A stretch of 64,000 nucleotides of DNA from an uncultured bacterium (lineage in GTDB: Bacteria; Babelota; Babeliae; Babelales; Vermiphilaceae), in contig OY969561.1 of assembly GCA_963701085.1 (NCBI GenBank), positions 1,134,635 to 1,198,634 of the forward strand. The letters run 5' to 3'. Below, piece after piece: positions 18,325 to 28,171 of this stretch. The translations under genes and the position numbers were made by a program. Numbering within the stretch: position 1 is the first letter of the stretch; each line of letters opens with the position of its first letter. The notes below the pieces were generated by a model. It saw nothing but the letters and a program-made list of their open reading frames with translations, was not told where the DNA came from and did no database searches.

Positions 18325-20059
18325 ATGGAACAGAGGGTAAAAGGAATAAGTTTGCAAGGTAAAATAGAGACACGTGTTGGAATCTTTGTTTTAATAGCAC
18401 TTGCCGTATTTGGGTACATGGGCTTTAAAATTGGTGCATTCCGTTTTGATCGTGCACAATATACAAAATATATGTTGCATTTTAGTGATATTTCTGGATT
18501 ATCACGTAAAGCTGCCATTAAAATTGCTGGTGTAAAAGTAGGGTGGGTTGAAAATATTAAACTTATTGAAGGAGCTCAGGCTCAGGTTGAGGCTGAAGTA
18601 ATGGTCTCAGCAACGTATCCTTTGTATCAAAATGCGTATGCTCTTGTCCGTCAAGATGGTCTTTTAGGACCAAAATATATTGATCTTCTTCCTGGTGATC
18701 AGTTATTACGACAATTAAATGAAGGAGAATCTCTTCAAAAGTCTGGAGCAGAACCTGTTGATCTTGATGATATTTTCCGTGAAGTAAAAGTGATTGCGCA
18801 CAATGTGCGTGAAGTAACTGAATCATTTAAAGATGCTTTGGGTGGACAGCAGGGAATGGACCAAATTAAATCATTTGTTGGTAATATGGAAAATGCTGCA
18901 GAAAAATTTTCAAACGTTACCAATATTATTGAACGATCATTTATGCGTAATGAAGATAATGTTGACGCCTTCTTGGAAATTGGTGCCAATGTACGCATGT
19001 TATCTGAAAGATTAGAAAATAACGTGTTTCCTTCTTTTCAAGAGAGTATAGAAAAAATATCCAGTGTATTTGATCGTGATTTTGGACGCATAGCAAATCG
19101 TGTGGAAATTACCACAGAAGCGTCTGGAAGAAGCTGCAGCACAAGCACGTGATGGGCTGCGTAGTGTGAGTGCCGTAGCAGAAAAAATTGATGAAGGAAA
19201 AGGTTTGCTTGGTAAGCTTGTTAATGAAGATGAAACATATCGTGATCTTAAAGTTGCCGTATCAGGATTTAAAAATTACGTAACTAAACTTGATCGTATG
19301 CAAATCTTATTCGATACGCATTTTGAAACAATGCATCGCCCGGCGGAAAACTATCGATATGAGGATTCAAAAGGGTATTTTGACATCCGTATCCACCCCA
19401 ATGAAGAACATTTTTATCTTGTGCAAATAGCGAGCTCGGAGCGTGGTTTTGCGTACCGTACAGAAAAAGAGTACACCTACACCAATGATGATCTTGATTA
19501 TATTGATCCAACAAAACCAAATAATCCACAAGCCGTTCCTGAATTCCAAACACCTACTGAGGACCAGCGGCCGCAATTGCTATCTGATAGTGTCTATGCA
19601 AATACCTTGCCATTTGATGATCAACTTAAAACAAACTATCGACAAGAAGAGTTACGCTTTGAACGTAATGGTATAAGATTTGGTTTACAATTTGGTAAAA
19701 TATTTGGCGATCTTGCATTGCGTGTTGGTATGATTGATGGCTTTGCAGGAATGGGCGCGGATTATGATTTTCCATTCAAGACTGATAAGTTCCGTTGGGT
19801 AACAACGTTTGAAGGTTTTGATTTCCGTGGTTTTAATCGTCGAGGGCCGAACAAATTCCACCAAGATAAACGACCGCATCTAAAATGGCTCAACAGAATG
19901 TTCTTGATGCGCAACATTTACTTCACGTTTGGTGCTGATGACTTTATAAGTAAGCAGAATGCTAACGCCTTTGTGGGTATTGGTATGCGATTTGGTGATG
20001 ATGATGTGAAGTATGTCCTTGGCAGCATTTCCGGTGCTGGTGGATTAATTAAGTCGTAA
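18325..20059 (+). CDS. MCE/MlaD family protein with long helical region and C-terminal beta-rich domain; one frameshift at ~19123
   Basis: N-terminal TM; FSDISGL..AGVKVG..QDGLLGPKYIDL MCE motif; removing one base in GAAGCGTCTGGAAGAA joins ORFs 18325..19152 and 19100..20059. Confidence 0.85.
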
Positions 20060-20155
20060 ATAAATAACGTAAAAAAAAGTGCGCATACTCTTAATTGATA
20101 GAGTGTGCGCATGTATTATTTTATCTGTATTATTAGTTGTTGACTCTTGCTTTTC

Positions 20156-20196
20156 CCGCGCTCGCCCTGAACTTGTTGAAGGGTGTCTTCGAGCGC
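20156..20196. repeat. A1 half element abutting the TAA stop of 20197..21300
   Basis: CCGCGCTCGCCCTGAACTTGTTGAAGGGTGTCTTCGAGCGC. Confidence 0.9.
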
Positions 20197-21300
20197 TTAA
20201 AACGGCATATATTTTCTGAGCGTGCTCTGAACTTTTTGTCCTGTATTTTTAAATGCTTGGTACAAACGTTGCCTTTTTTCAATTGCCTGCGTCAATTGCC
20301 AGTTTGCATGAATAGTTTTCATATCATTATTATTATCAATATATCCGTTAATGCGAGTGAAATAATAAGCATTTTTTGCGGCTTGCGGGTCAGAGCATGC
20401 TACAAGTGTATCCGCAGTTTTTTCTATAGCGGCGGTGTATTTTTTACCTGTAGGTGAGCAATTAAATTCTTCCTCTAGTTGTTTCCTTTGTGTTGCTTCT
20501 ATATTTGCTTTTTCAATAAGATCATGGAAGATATTAGTTTGCCAAAAGGCTGGTTTTAGGCATTTGTCCCATAAAATATTGATAGCGCGCGGGGTATGGC
20601 CTTGCGTGTGATGTGTCATTTCATGTGTCGCAGCATGTTGCAGTTGTTGATTATACAGATCAGTTGTAGATTGATTCTGTATGAATATGTTTGCTACATT
20701 TAATGTAATACTTCTGGAGGTGATTATTTTTGTATCGGTGAATCCATTATATTCATAAGCGATCTTGGCTGATGCCAATGTCTTAGAATCGTTTTTTATC
20801 GTTATAAGACCAAGGTTATTGATATTGAATTTATGTCTTTTGCATTCATTATTGATTGCGGTAATCCATTCAGATGGAAAATTGGGATCATGCAGCGCAT
20901 TGTAATTGTGTGAATCTTTTAGAATATTAAGATTAAATGCAATATCTTCTTCTGTTTTTTTCATAATATTTGACCATATTTCTTGATCATAGTTCCAATA
21001 TTGTCTAACATCTTCGAGTGCTTCAGCTTCATTTTTTCTCAAAAACGTTACCATGTTTGAACGTTGTTTTTGCAATACGGCAAGAGAGAGTTGGGATGGT
21101 AACAATGATAAGAGTAAACCTGTTTTTATATGTTTGGGAGACATGTAGTCATAGGTATGTCTGCTGACCATGTCTTTTGCATGAATCGATATTGTTGTAG
21201 CGAATTTATTTTTTTCCGAGCAGAGAGTTGGAAGGCTTATTATGAGTGATAAAAAGGCAACAAGGCTGAATTTTATAGCTGTTTTCATCGGGTATCTCAT
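20197..21300 (-). CDS. Secreted protein with HExxH zinc-metallopeptidase-like motif
   Basis: Signal peptide; AATHEMTHHTQGH plus a downstream EKTAD (M48-like third ligand pattern). Confidence 0.6.
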   Translation of the reverse strand: MRYPMKTAIKFSLVAFLSLIISLPTLCSEKNKFATTISIHAKDMVSRHTYDYMSPKHIKTGLLLSLLPSQLSLAVLQKQRSNMVTFLRKNEAEALEDVRQYWNYDQEIWSNIMKKTEEDIAFNLNILKDSHNYNALHDPNFPSEWITAINNECKRHKFNINNLGLITIKNDSKTLASAKIAYEYNGFTDTKIITSRSITLNVANIFIQNQSTTDLYNQQLQHAATHEMTHHTQGHTPRAINILWDKCLKPAFWQTNIFHDLIEKANIEATQRKQLEEEFNCSPTGKKYTAAIEKTADTLVACSDPQAAKNAYYFTRINGYIDNNNDMKTIHANWQLTQAIEKRQRLYQAFKNTGQKVQSTLRKYMPF

Positions 21301-21348
21301 TTTGGCGTATTTATTTGTAATATGTCGAAAATCTTATACATACTGAAT

Positions 21349-21376
21349 ATCATATCATAAATTGCCAGTTTGTCAA
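21349..21376 (-). promoter_or_regulatory. Putative sigma70 promoter for 20197..21300
   Basis: TTGACA-16 nt-TATGAT with an extended TG on the minus strand. Confidence 0.4.
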
Positions 21377-21408
21377 TGGCATGATTGAGGTGAAAAAGGC
21401 TTGGAAAG

Positions 21409-21658
21409 GCGCTTTAATCCTTCAAACCGTCCTTCGCCGAGCGCTCGAAGACACCCTTCAACAAGTTCAGGGCGAGCGCAGCGAGGATCTGAACGCGTGT
21501 TTACTACTGAGCTTGTCGAAGTATCAGGGCGAGCGCAGCGAGGATCTGAACGCGTGTTTAATACTGCTGTGACCTCCGAAGCTTTATGCGAAGGAGGGAG
21601 CTTGTCGAAGTACCAGGGTGAGCGCGGGATAAAAAATTAGTTTAGGGATAGGTTCTTA
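21409..21658. repeat. Composite repeat: A1 arm, two ~57-bp tandem units, one B insert and a terminal TTTAGGGATAGGTTCTTA motif
   Basis: TCAGGGCGAGCGCAGCGAGGATCTGAACGCGTGTTTA occurs twice; B unit at 21567-21598. Confidence 0.88.
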
Positions 21659-21997
21659 GTTTTTTGTTGAAGACTTATTATCATCCCAAACTTGTTTCCA
21701 AAGATAAGCTCCAGCCGTGATAAGTCCCGCAGCAACAATAGCAGTGGGAATCATTCCTTTTTTACTATTTTGTTGCTCTGTTCCTTGCAAATCAATAGCC
21801 GTCTGTATGGTGTCATACAGTAAATAGGTGCCAAGACCAATACTTGTAGTTGCAATCACCGGTTTAGCTTTATGATTAAGTTGTTCTCTCATAAATAAAA
21901 AATTATCTTTTTTATCATAATGATGATCATGTTCTATTTCAGCGTATGCGCAGAGAGTTAGTAGTAATGGTGTGAGTATAATAATAGTACTGTTCAT
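21656..21997 (-). CDS. Small hypothetical membrane protein
   Basis: Signal peptide plus two hydrophobic segments; ATGA overlap with the upstream gene. Confidence 0.65.
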   Translation of the reverse strand: MNSTIIILTPLLLTLCAYAEIEHDHHYDKKDNFLFMREQLNHKAKPVIATTSIGLGTYLLYDTIQTAIDLQGTEQQNSKKGMIPTAIVAAGLITAGAYLWKQVWDDNKSSTKN

Positions 21998-23160
21998 TGA
22001 TTGTCCTCATCATCAGATCCTGAACATGATGTGGGAGAATGATATCGGTAACCACCATAGGCAGCATATTTATCATTGAGGGTGATTTCCATAACTCCCT
22101 TATCATCGATAGTTATTGTATCGGCTAAATAAATTAAGTTTGCCCCGTCATAGTTTTTTGTATTGTTTATATCTGTGGTTACTTTGTATACGCATTTGCC
22201 ATCATCCTCCTCATCATCAGTAGAGCTATCATCGTTTGATGAAGATAAAGTTTCATCAGCATAATTGTGATAATAACCACCTGGCGAAAATGATTGAAAT
22301 TCTGATAATAATGCATCAATCTTACACTCGGCGGCTGTTTTAGTGATATAATCAATCAGGGTATTTGTAGAGTCTTGGTGCTTATTTTTGTCGCCAGACA
22401 GAATAAATATTGTTGGAATGGCGTTGTGTAAAAGAGAGGTAATTGTTTCTTTGCGCTCATCTGCAGTGTCAGAATTATCAATATTTATGTTACAGAATGC
22501 CAAATCTATACCATCTTTTGTATCCTGTAAAAAGTTACGTAAATAATCATTTGTTATTGTATTGCGCGTTATAATTTTGTCGTCAAATAGGGCAGAAAGT
22601 TCAGGATTGTTGTGTGGATAAAAAATGGATCCATTGCCGTGCTGAAAATAGTCCGCCATTGTTTTTGAAGTAAGATTTTCATCAATAACAAGAATGTGTT
22701 TGGCTAGTTGTGTATTTAATGCAAATGCAGCAGCAATGGGGATTGATGCATAGACATCGCCATTGGTACCTTGTGCATGTCCTGCAAATGAATAGCCTTC
22801 ACTTAAAGATATTGCATAATTCTGTCTTTTTTGGCGATCTTCTATTGCCGTTATTACGTCTATGGCTGCCAGCATGGTTGTGGTCACATTTTTGAGCATT
22901 GGTGTAAAGTAGGTTGTGCTGTAGTTATTGGGATAAAAATAGATGAAAGCATTATTGTTGATTGCTGAAAGCATTGCGCTTGGATGTTTTTCTATATTGT
23001 TTAAATATGCTTTTGAGTGTATGCGGGTAATGTTGGGCGCTGTGTGTTGTAGTATAACGTTGTGAGAGTGCTCACTAACAATAGAGGGGTTTGGTTGTTT
23101 TTCCATTCCGGTGATATTGGTACTGCAGAGTGCAAGAGCGAATAGAATCTGTTTTTGCAT
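21994..23160 (-). CDS. Secreted degenerate histone-deacetylase-like protein with acidic tail
   Basis: Motif order matches the HDAC fold (IHSKAYL; AISLSEGY; VYASIPIA; ILVID..HGNG; IPTIFILSG), but catalytic residues are missing; AAGGAG RBS. Confidence 0.55.
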   Translation of the reverse strand: MQKQILFALALCSTNITGMEKQPNPSIVSEHSHNVILQHTAPNITRIHSKAYLNNIEKHPSAMLSAINNNAFIYFYPNNYSTTYFTPMLKNVTTTMLAAIDVITAIEDRQKRQNYAISLSEGYSFAGHAQGTNGDVYASIPIAAAFALNTQLAKHILVIDENLTSKTMADYFQHGNGSIFYPHNNPELSALFDDKIITRNTITNDYLRNFLQDTKDGIDLAFCNINIDNSDTADERKETITSLLHNAIPTIFILSGDKNKHQDSTNTLIDYITKTAAECKIDALLSEFQSFSPGGYYHNYADETLSSSNDDSSTDDEEDDGKCVYKVTTDINNTKNYDGANLIYLADTITIDDKGVMEITLNDKYAAYGGYRYHSPTSCSGSDDEDNQ

Positions 23161-23245
23161 AGAGCTCCTTTTTTTAGTATTGATGAAGAAATAATCACCT
23201 TTTGGGTCATCTTTGTCAATATGTTAAAAAAAAAGGAAAGAGAAC

Positions 23246-24520
23246 ATGCAAGATCAAGTGTTTTGGTATCTCAATAATACCGGTACTGTTGCGCCGCTTA
23301 CCCATGATATTACTACTGATGTGGTAATTATTGGTGGAGGAATGGCAGGATTGACAGCAGCGCAAGCGTTTCGTTCTAAAGGTCATAATGTTGTGTTGAT
23401 AGAAAAAAATTATTGTGGTGCGGGTGCATCAGGAAAAAGTTCAGGATTTATAACACCAGATTCAGAATTGTCATTGTTTGAACTTATGCGTATTTTTGGC
23501 GCAGATACTGGAAAAAAATTATGGAATTTAATTGGTTCTGGCGTTGATATTATTCGGGATAATATTGAAAAGTACACTATTGATTGTGACTATCAAAAAC
23601 AAGATACACTTATTCTTGCAAACAGTTTACGCGCATTTAATAATGACATAAAAAAGGAATATAATAATCGTCAACAAGCAGGTTATACAAGTACTCTTTA
23701 TACCCAGCAGGAAGTAGGATCAGTTATTGGTTCCGATTGTTACAAGGGTGGCATATCATACGGCGGTACGTTTGGTATTCAAGCATATAAATATTGTTTT
23801 GGCATGAAAAAGATTTTACAAGAATTGGGCGTGCACATTTATGAAGAAACACCCGCGATTTGCATTCAAAATAATATGGTAACAACGCCACATGCAACAA
23901 TCAAAGCGGATCATATTGTTATGTGTGTGGACCGTTTTGAACCAGCAGCATCACTCTTGTGGGATAAGATATATCATGTACAAACATTTTTGATGCTTTC
24001 TGCTCCGCTTTCTGATACTCAGGTTAAAAAGATTTTTCCTGTAAAGCCATTCATGGTGTGGGACACTGATATGATTTATCAGTACTATCGCATCACGGGA
24101 GACAATCGTCTGATGCTGGGTGGTTCTGATTTGTTATATACGTACTCAAAAAATGAAACGCATGGTAATAATCGTGTGGCAAAAAAATTGATGCATTACT
24201 TTCATACAAAATTTCCATCTGTTGAAGTTGAATTTGAATATATGTGGCCGGGCATTATTGGTATTAGCAAAGATGTTTTTCCGGTAGCTGGTTTTGATGA
24301 AAAAATGTCATCAGTGTATTACATCGCCGGAGCCTGTGGATTGCCATTTGCTGCAGCGCTTGGTACCTATTGCGCAGAACGTATTATTAATAATAATCGT
24401 GAGTTTGATGACTATTTTTCACCGTATCGATCATCAACACTTGGGCCAATTACGCAAACAATTCTTGGCACGCGGTTGACGTTTGCATTATCAAACTTTT
24501 TATCTGTTGGGAGTTTATAA
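23246..24520 (+). CDS. FAD-dependent oxidoreductase (DAO/PuuB-like)
   Basis: DVVIIGGGMAGL, GASGKSSG, YYRITGDNRLMLGG. Confidence 0.88.
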   Translation: MQDQVFWYLNNTGTVAPLTHDITTDVVIIGGGMAGLTAAQAFRSKGHNVVLIEKNYCGAGASGKSSGFITPDSELSLFELMRIFGADTGKKLWNLIGSGVDIIRDNIEKYTIDCDYQKQDTLILANSLRAFNNDIKKEYNNRQQAGYTSTLYTQQEVGSVIGSDCYKGGISYGGTFGIQAYKYCFGMKKILQELGVHIYEETPAICIQNNMVTTPHATIKADHIVMCVDRFEPAASLLWDKIYHVQTFLMLSAPLSDTQVKKIFPVKPFMVWDTDMIYQYYRITGDNRLMLGGSDLLYTYSKNETHGNNRVAKKLMHYFHTKFPSVEVEFEYMWPGIIGISKDVFPVAGFDEKMSSVYYIAGACGLPFAAALGTYCAERIINNNREFDDYFSPYRSSTLGPITQTILGTRLTFALSNFLSVGSL

Positions 24521-24597
24521 ATAGTATAAGTTGATTTTTTCTGAGATTGACATAGAACTGAGTGAGAAAAAATGATTATTTTTATAAAGGAGACCTC

Positions 24598-25476
24598 ATG
24601 AAGTTGATGCATTTTCGGAATATGTTTTTTTCTCTAGCGCTTATTTTTTCTGTTGTTGTTGGTGCGCATGATAGTTTTGAAGGTTTGCAGTATATCGAAT
24701 GTGAATTGCGGTTAAGAGAAAGAAATTTACGTAAACATGATCATGAAGATTTTAAGCTTACCGATGAACAGAGTTCTGCGTATGCAAGCTTTACTCATCC
24801 GCATATTCCTATACAAGAAGGTACGAGTCAAAACTGGAGTGGTTATGCAGCACTTACTAATTTAAGTCATCCAGCTTCAAATAGCGTCAGTGCAGTGTAT
24901 GGTTCATGGGTTTGCCCAAGACTTTCATCAGCATCTCATAATACCTGGTGTTCATTGTGGGTTGGTATAGATGGTTATAGCAGTAATAGTGTTGAGCAAC
25001 TTGGCACTGAACATGATTGGTATAATGGTGTGCAATCAAATTATGCATGGTTTGAAATGTATCCAAATTATTCATATGAAATTGTTGGTTTCCCCGCACG
25101 TCCTGGCGATATGATTAGTGCATCAGTTGTGTATCAAGGGAATGGCGTATTTGTTTTATCTATAGCTAACACCACCGCAGGAGTTCATACAACAATTCCA
25201 ACATCGTATACAACATCACGCACTGCTCAACGTAGTTCAGCCGAATGGGTGATGGAAGCGCCATACTCAGGTGGAATACTACCTTTATCACATTTTGGTA
25301 CAGCATATTTTAGTAACTGTACTGCAACTATAAATAACATTCATGGCGCTATTAATAACAGCCATTGGAAGGATGATGTGCTTACCATGGTTACTGCTGC
25401 TGGCGCGGTAAAAGCTGCAACATCTGCGTTAACTTCTGGTGGTCAGGCATTTACGGTTGTATGGCATCATGAGTAG
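24598..25476 (+). CDS. Secreted glutamic peptidase, family G1 (eqolisin)
   Basis: SQNWSGY, WVGIDG, VEQLGT (catalytic Q), AWFEMYP, SAEWVME (catalytic E); signal peptide; AAGGAG RBS. Confidence 0.9.
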   Translation: MKLMHFRNMFFSLALIFSVVVGAHDSFEGLQYIECELRLRERNLRKHDHEDFKLTDEQSSAYASFTHPHIPIQEGTSQNWSGYAALTNLSHPASNSVSAVYGSWVCPRLSSASHNTWCSLWVGIDGYSSNSVEQLGTEHDWYNGVQSNYAWFEMYPNYSYEIVGFPARPGDMISASVVYQGNGVFVLSIANTTAGVHTTIPTSYTTSRTAQRSSAEWVMEAPYSGGILPLSHFGTAYFSNCTATINNIHGAINNSHWKDDVLTMVTAAGAVKAATSALTSGGQAFTVVWHHE

Positions 25477-25489
25477 ATAAATTAAGCAT

Positions 25490-25532
25490 AAAAAAACAAG
25501 GGCGCTCTTAAAAAGAACGCCCTTGTTTTTTT
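25490..25532. terminator. Bidirectional intrinsic terminator
   Basis: AAAAAACAAGGGCG-loop-CGCCCTTGTTTTTTT between convergent genes. Confidence 0.75.
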
Positions 25533-25545
25533 AGCCAAGTAATTT

Positions 25546-25633
25546 GAGCGCTCGAAGAAAACCCTTCAACAAGTTCAGGGCGAGCGCGCTAAGAAATTTA
25601 AGATTTTTCGACTTTTAGGGATAGGTTTTCTTA
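25546..25633. repeat. A1 half element plus terminal motif ending in the TAA of 25631..26464
   Basis: GAGCGCTCGAAGAAAACCCTTCAACAAGTTCAGGGCGAGCGCG, followed by a near reverse complement of 5963-6000. Confidence 0.88.
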
Positions 25634-26464
25634 GTCAAGTAATCGGCTTAATCGCCTTTGTAAGCGTTTAATTTCATTAAAATTATATTCAATAAGCTCT
25701 CGGAAATTTTCTTGTTCTAATTCAGTGTATGCATAATGCGCTTGTGCAGCTAATCTCTTTTTAAGTTCGCAGAGCTTTTCTGGGGGATAAAGTGCGATAA
25801 GATCATTTAAAATTTTATGAAGATTTTTTAAGGCAATTTTTGCTTTAGAAGATAATCTTTTTTTATCTAAACCTTGTATAAAGTTACCCGCTTTTGTAGC
25901 TAATAACTCTTTTTTACAAAATAGTGCGTCCATATCAATCGCATAAAAATGATCATTGTCCTCATCATAAAAAAGATTGCCGTTATGCCGATCGCTATTG
26001 TTGAGGAATATATCGAGAGCCACAATTTTGTAGAGATCTTTGTGTGTCATGAGACTTTCTAATTTTGCTCTGTTGGTAAGTCCTGATCTTATGCTAAAAA
26101 AACTAATTGCATTATTCATTCTCCTCACTTCATTGCCAGGTACAAGGGTGTGGAGAGTTTTTATGTGATGGGGAAATTTATCAACAGAGCTGAGAGAAGG
26201 GTCGTACGGGGGAAATATTTTTACGTGATTAATGTTAACGCCGATAGATCTTCCTACTTCAGCTCCAAGAGCATCATTAAGTGCGTGGTTGGGACTGCGA
26301 GGATATTTTAAGATAAATTTTCTGTTATGAGCATCCTCCACAAAAATAATTCTTCTGACGCATTTTATCTGTTGTAATGGTGGAGTAAAAAAATCATTTG
26401 AAAAAGCAATGCTCGTAAAACATAATAACACAACAAACAATAAACGAGCGTTTATAGTGGCCAT
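25631..26464 (-). CDS. Secreted PI3/PI4-kinase/HipA-like kinase
   Basis: FILKY, DIFLNNSDRHNGN catalytic loop, AIDMD; signal peptide from MATINAR. Confidence 0.7.
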   Translation of the reverse strand: MATINARLLFVVLLCFTSIAFSNDFFTPPLQQIKCVRRIIFVEDAHNRKFILKYPRSPNHALNDALGAEVGRSIGVNINHVKIFPPYDPSLSSVDKFPHHIKTLHTLVPGNEVRRMNNAISFFSIRSGLTNRAKLESLMTHKDLYKIVALDIFLNNSDRHNGNLFYDEDNDHFYAIDMDALFCKKELLATKAGNFIQGLDKKRLSSKAKIALKNLHKILNDLIALYPPEKLCELKKRLAAQAHYAYTELEQENFRELIEYNFNEIKRLQRRLSRLLD

Positions 26465-27234
26465 TGTACACTCACTTTTTTGCGTGATGTAGTGATAAGA
26501 TTGCGTTCTGTGAGCCATGATAAGAATATGTGCTTGATGAATAGGGCGCGTTCAAGACATGCGGCAACTGCAGCTATTTTTGTATCGTTGGTGGGGAAAA
26601 TGGTGCTGAGGTGTAGGCGTTTTATGGTTTGAGCGATACTTAAATATCGTTTGCATGTTTTTATTTCATGTTCAATTGTTTCAATGAATGTGATTAATGG
26701 GTGAGAAAGATCGGTCGGATTTTTTTTGTTAACGTGATGTTCGCCAATTGCGCGTATTAATTCTTGTTCAAGTTCATGCGGTGATACGCTGCATAACATT
26801 TCAAAGTTGTAATCAGATTTCCAGCGTGACCAGCGGGTGGCATGTGTAAGGTAATGGTAGTCAGATGATAAGAGTAAGCTGGTGGTGCCGTACGCGGTGA
26901 GTCCTGTACCCACCACAATGTTATAGCGATAGTGCCAGATGAGATTTTGTAGTAACTCTTTTGCGCTGTTGTAATTATCTTTGGTGAATGTTTGTTGTGC
27001 TTTTTCCATGATGTGGAGTCCAATATCTCTCATTTGCATGCCAACAGCATGAATAGTTGATGTTGTGGTGGTGTTAATTGTTGGACTTATGTTTGTGGTA
27101 TAGTTTGGCGTAGTGGTGACGTTTATGTTATGAGGTATAGGTTGTGCCCCGGAACTTTGCGTGGAAGGCGTAATGTGTAGTGGCGATAGTGCAATAAAAA
27201 ATAATATGTAGAGAATTTTTGTTGTATGTTTCAC
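26452..27234 (-). CDS. Hypothetical secreted/membrane protein (paralog of 27258..28040)
   Basis: Shares WxYRYxI, PTDxxHPL, EIKTCKRY and LERALFIKHxFLSWL with its neighbour; GTG start. Confidence 0.8.
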   Translation of the reverse strand: MKHTTKILYILFFIALSPLHITPSTQSSGAQPIPHNINVTTTPNYTTNISPTINTTTTSTIHAVGMQMRDIGLHIMEKAQQTFTKDNYNSAKELLQNLIWHYRYNIVVGTGLTAYGTTSLLLSSDYHYLTHATRWSRWKSDYNFEMLCSVSPHELEQELIRAIGEHHVNKKNPTDLSHPLITFIETIEHEIKTCKRYLSIAQTIKRLHLSTIFPTNDTKIAAVAACLERALFIKHIFLSWLTERNLITTSRKKVSVQWPL

Positions 27235-27257
27235 TGACTCAATCCTTTTTTTATGAC

Positions 27258-28040
27258 TTAATTTTTTTGATTGCTAGCAATATTGTACTCTGCCAGCCAT
27301 GATAAAAATAGATGTTTGATAAATAATGCGCGTTCAAGCAGTTGAGTGGCCTGATGTATCTTGTTATCACTGGTGGGGAAAATTGGTATGAGGTGTAAAC
27401 GTTTTATTATTTTTGCAATTTTAATATAACGTTTGCACGTTTTTATTTCTGTATCAACGGCATACACAAATGTTGTTAGTGGGTGTGCAAAATCGGTTGG
27501 CTTATCTTTGTTGTAATAGTGCTTGTTAATCGCACAGAGTAGTTCATGGGTGAGATCTTTTTGTGGTAGCGTGCACAAATCCTCAAAATTACATTCCGGC
27601 TTCCAGTGTGCCCATATGGTGTTGTTTTGCAGTGTGTGGTAGTAGTCAACAAGCAATAGCATGCTTATGATGCCGTATGAACTTACTACTGTTCCTCCTG
27701 TAATGTGGTAGCGGTATTGCCACAGTGCTTGCGTGATGAGATTTTTGAGGAGATGATAATTTTCTGGCGTTGCGGTGTTTTTAATTTTTTGAATGCATTG
27801 TAAGGTAATATCGCCAATTTTTACGCTGAAAGCGGAAGAGTTGGCGATATTAATTTGCGGACGAAGGTCAATTTGCGGACGAAGGTCAATTTGCGGACGA
27901 AGGTCAATTTGCGGACGAAGGTCGATGTGTGGGTCGAAGTTATTGTTGTATGTTGGCGCTGTGCTTGCTTGTTCGCACGGTAATAATGGTATACATTCAA
28001 AGAAAACAAAGATGAGATATGCTTTAAATATATAGCGCAC
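27258..28040 (-). CDS. Hypothetical secreted/membrane protein with PQIDLR repeats
   Basis: Tandem paralog of 26452..27234; AAGGAG RBS, GTG start. Confidence 0.8.
   Translation of the reverse strand: MRYIFKAYLIFVFFECIPLLPCEQASTAPTYNNNFDPHIDLRPQIDLRPQIDLRPQIDLRPQINIANSSAFSVKIGDITLQCIQKIKNTATPENYHLLKNLITQALWQYRYHITGGTVVSSYGIISMLLLVDYYHTLQNNTIWAHWKPECNFEDLCTLPQKDLTHELLCAINKHYYNKDKPTDFAHPLTTFVYAVDTEIKTCKRYIKIAKIIKRLHLIPIFPTSDNKIHQATQLLERALFIKHLFLSWLAEYNIASNQKN
27852..27923. repeat. 18-bp tandem repeat x4 (coding VNTR)
   Basis: Four exact copies of AATTTGCGGACGAAGGTC. Confidence 0.97.
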
Positions 28041-28171
28041 AAGGCTCCTTTTTTAGTTAGATTTGTTATAAGATACTAACGTTTTTTATTGTTTGACAAG
28101 CATTTTATTTGTGTTGAATAAAGGTGTCAGTTTTTTTATAGTAAGCAATTAAACCTCTACGGGAGTATGTA

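Noticed and set aside
21467-21627. Possible CRISPR array
   Set aside because: Only two to three units, the intervening sequences are near-identical instead of unique spacers, they are parts of the A/B repeat families, and no cas genes are present.
27852-27923. 18-bp repeats as a CRISPR array or iterons
   Set aside because: Head-to-tail with no spacers, and in frame within a CDS; a coding VNTR.
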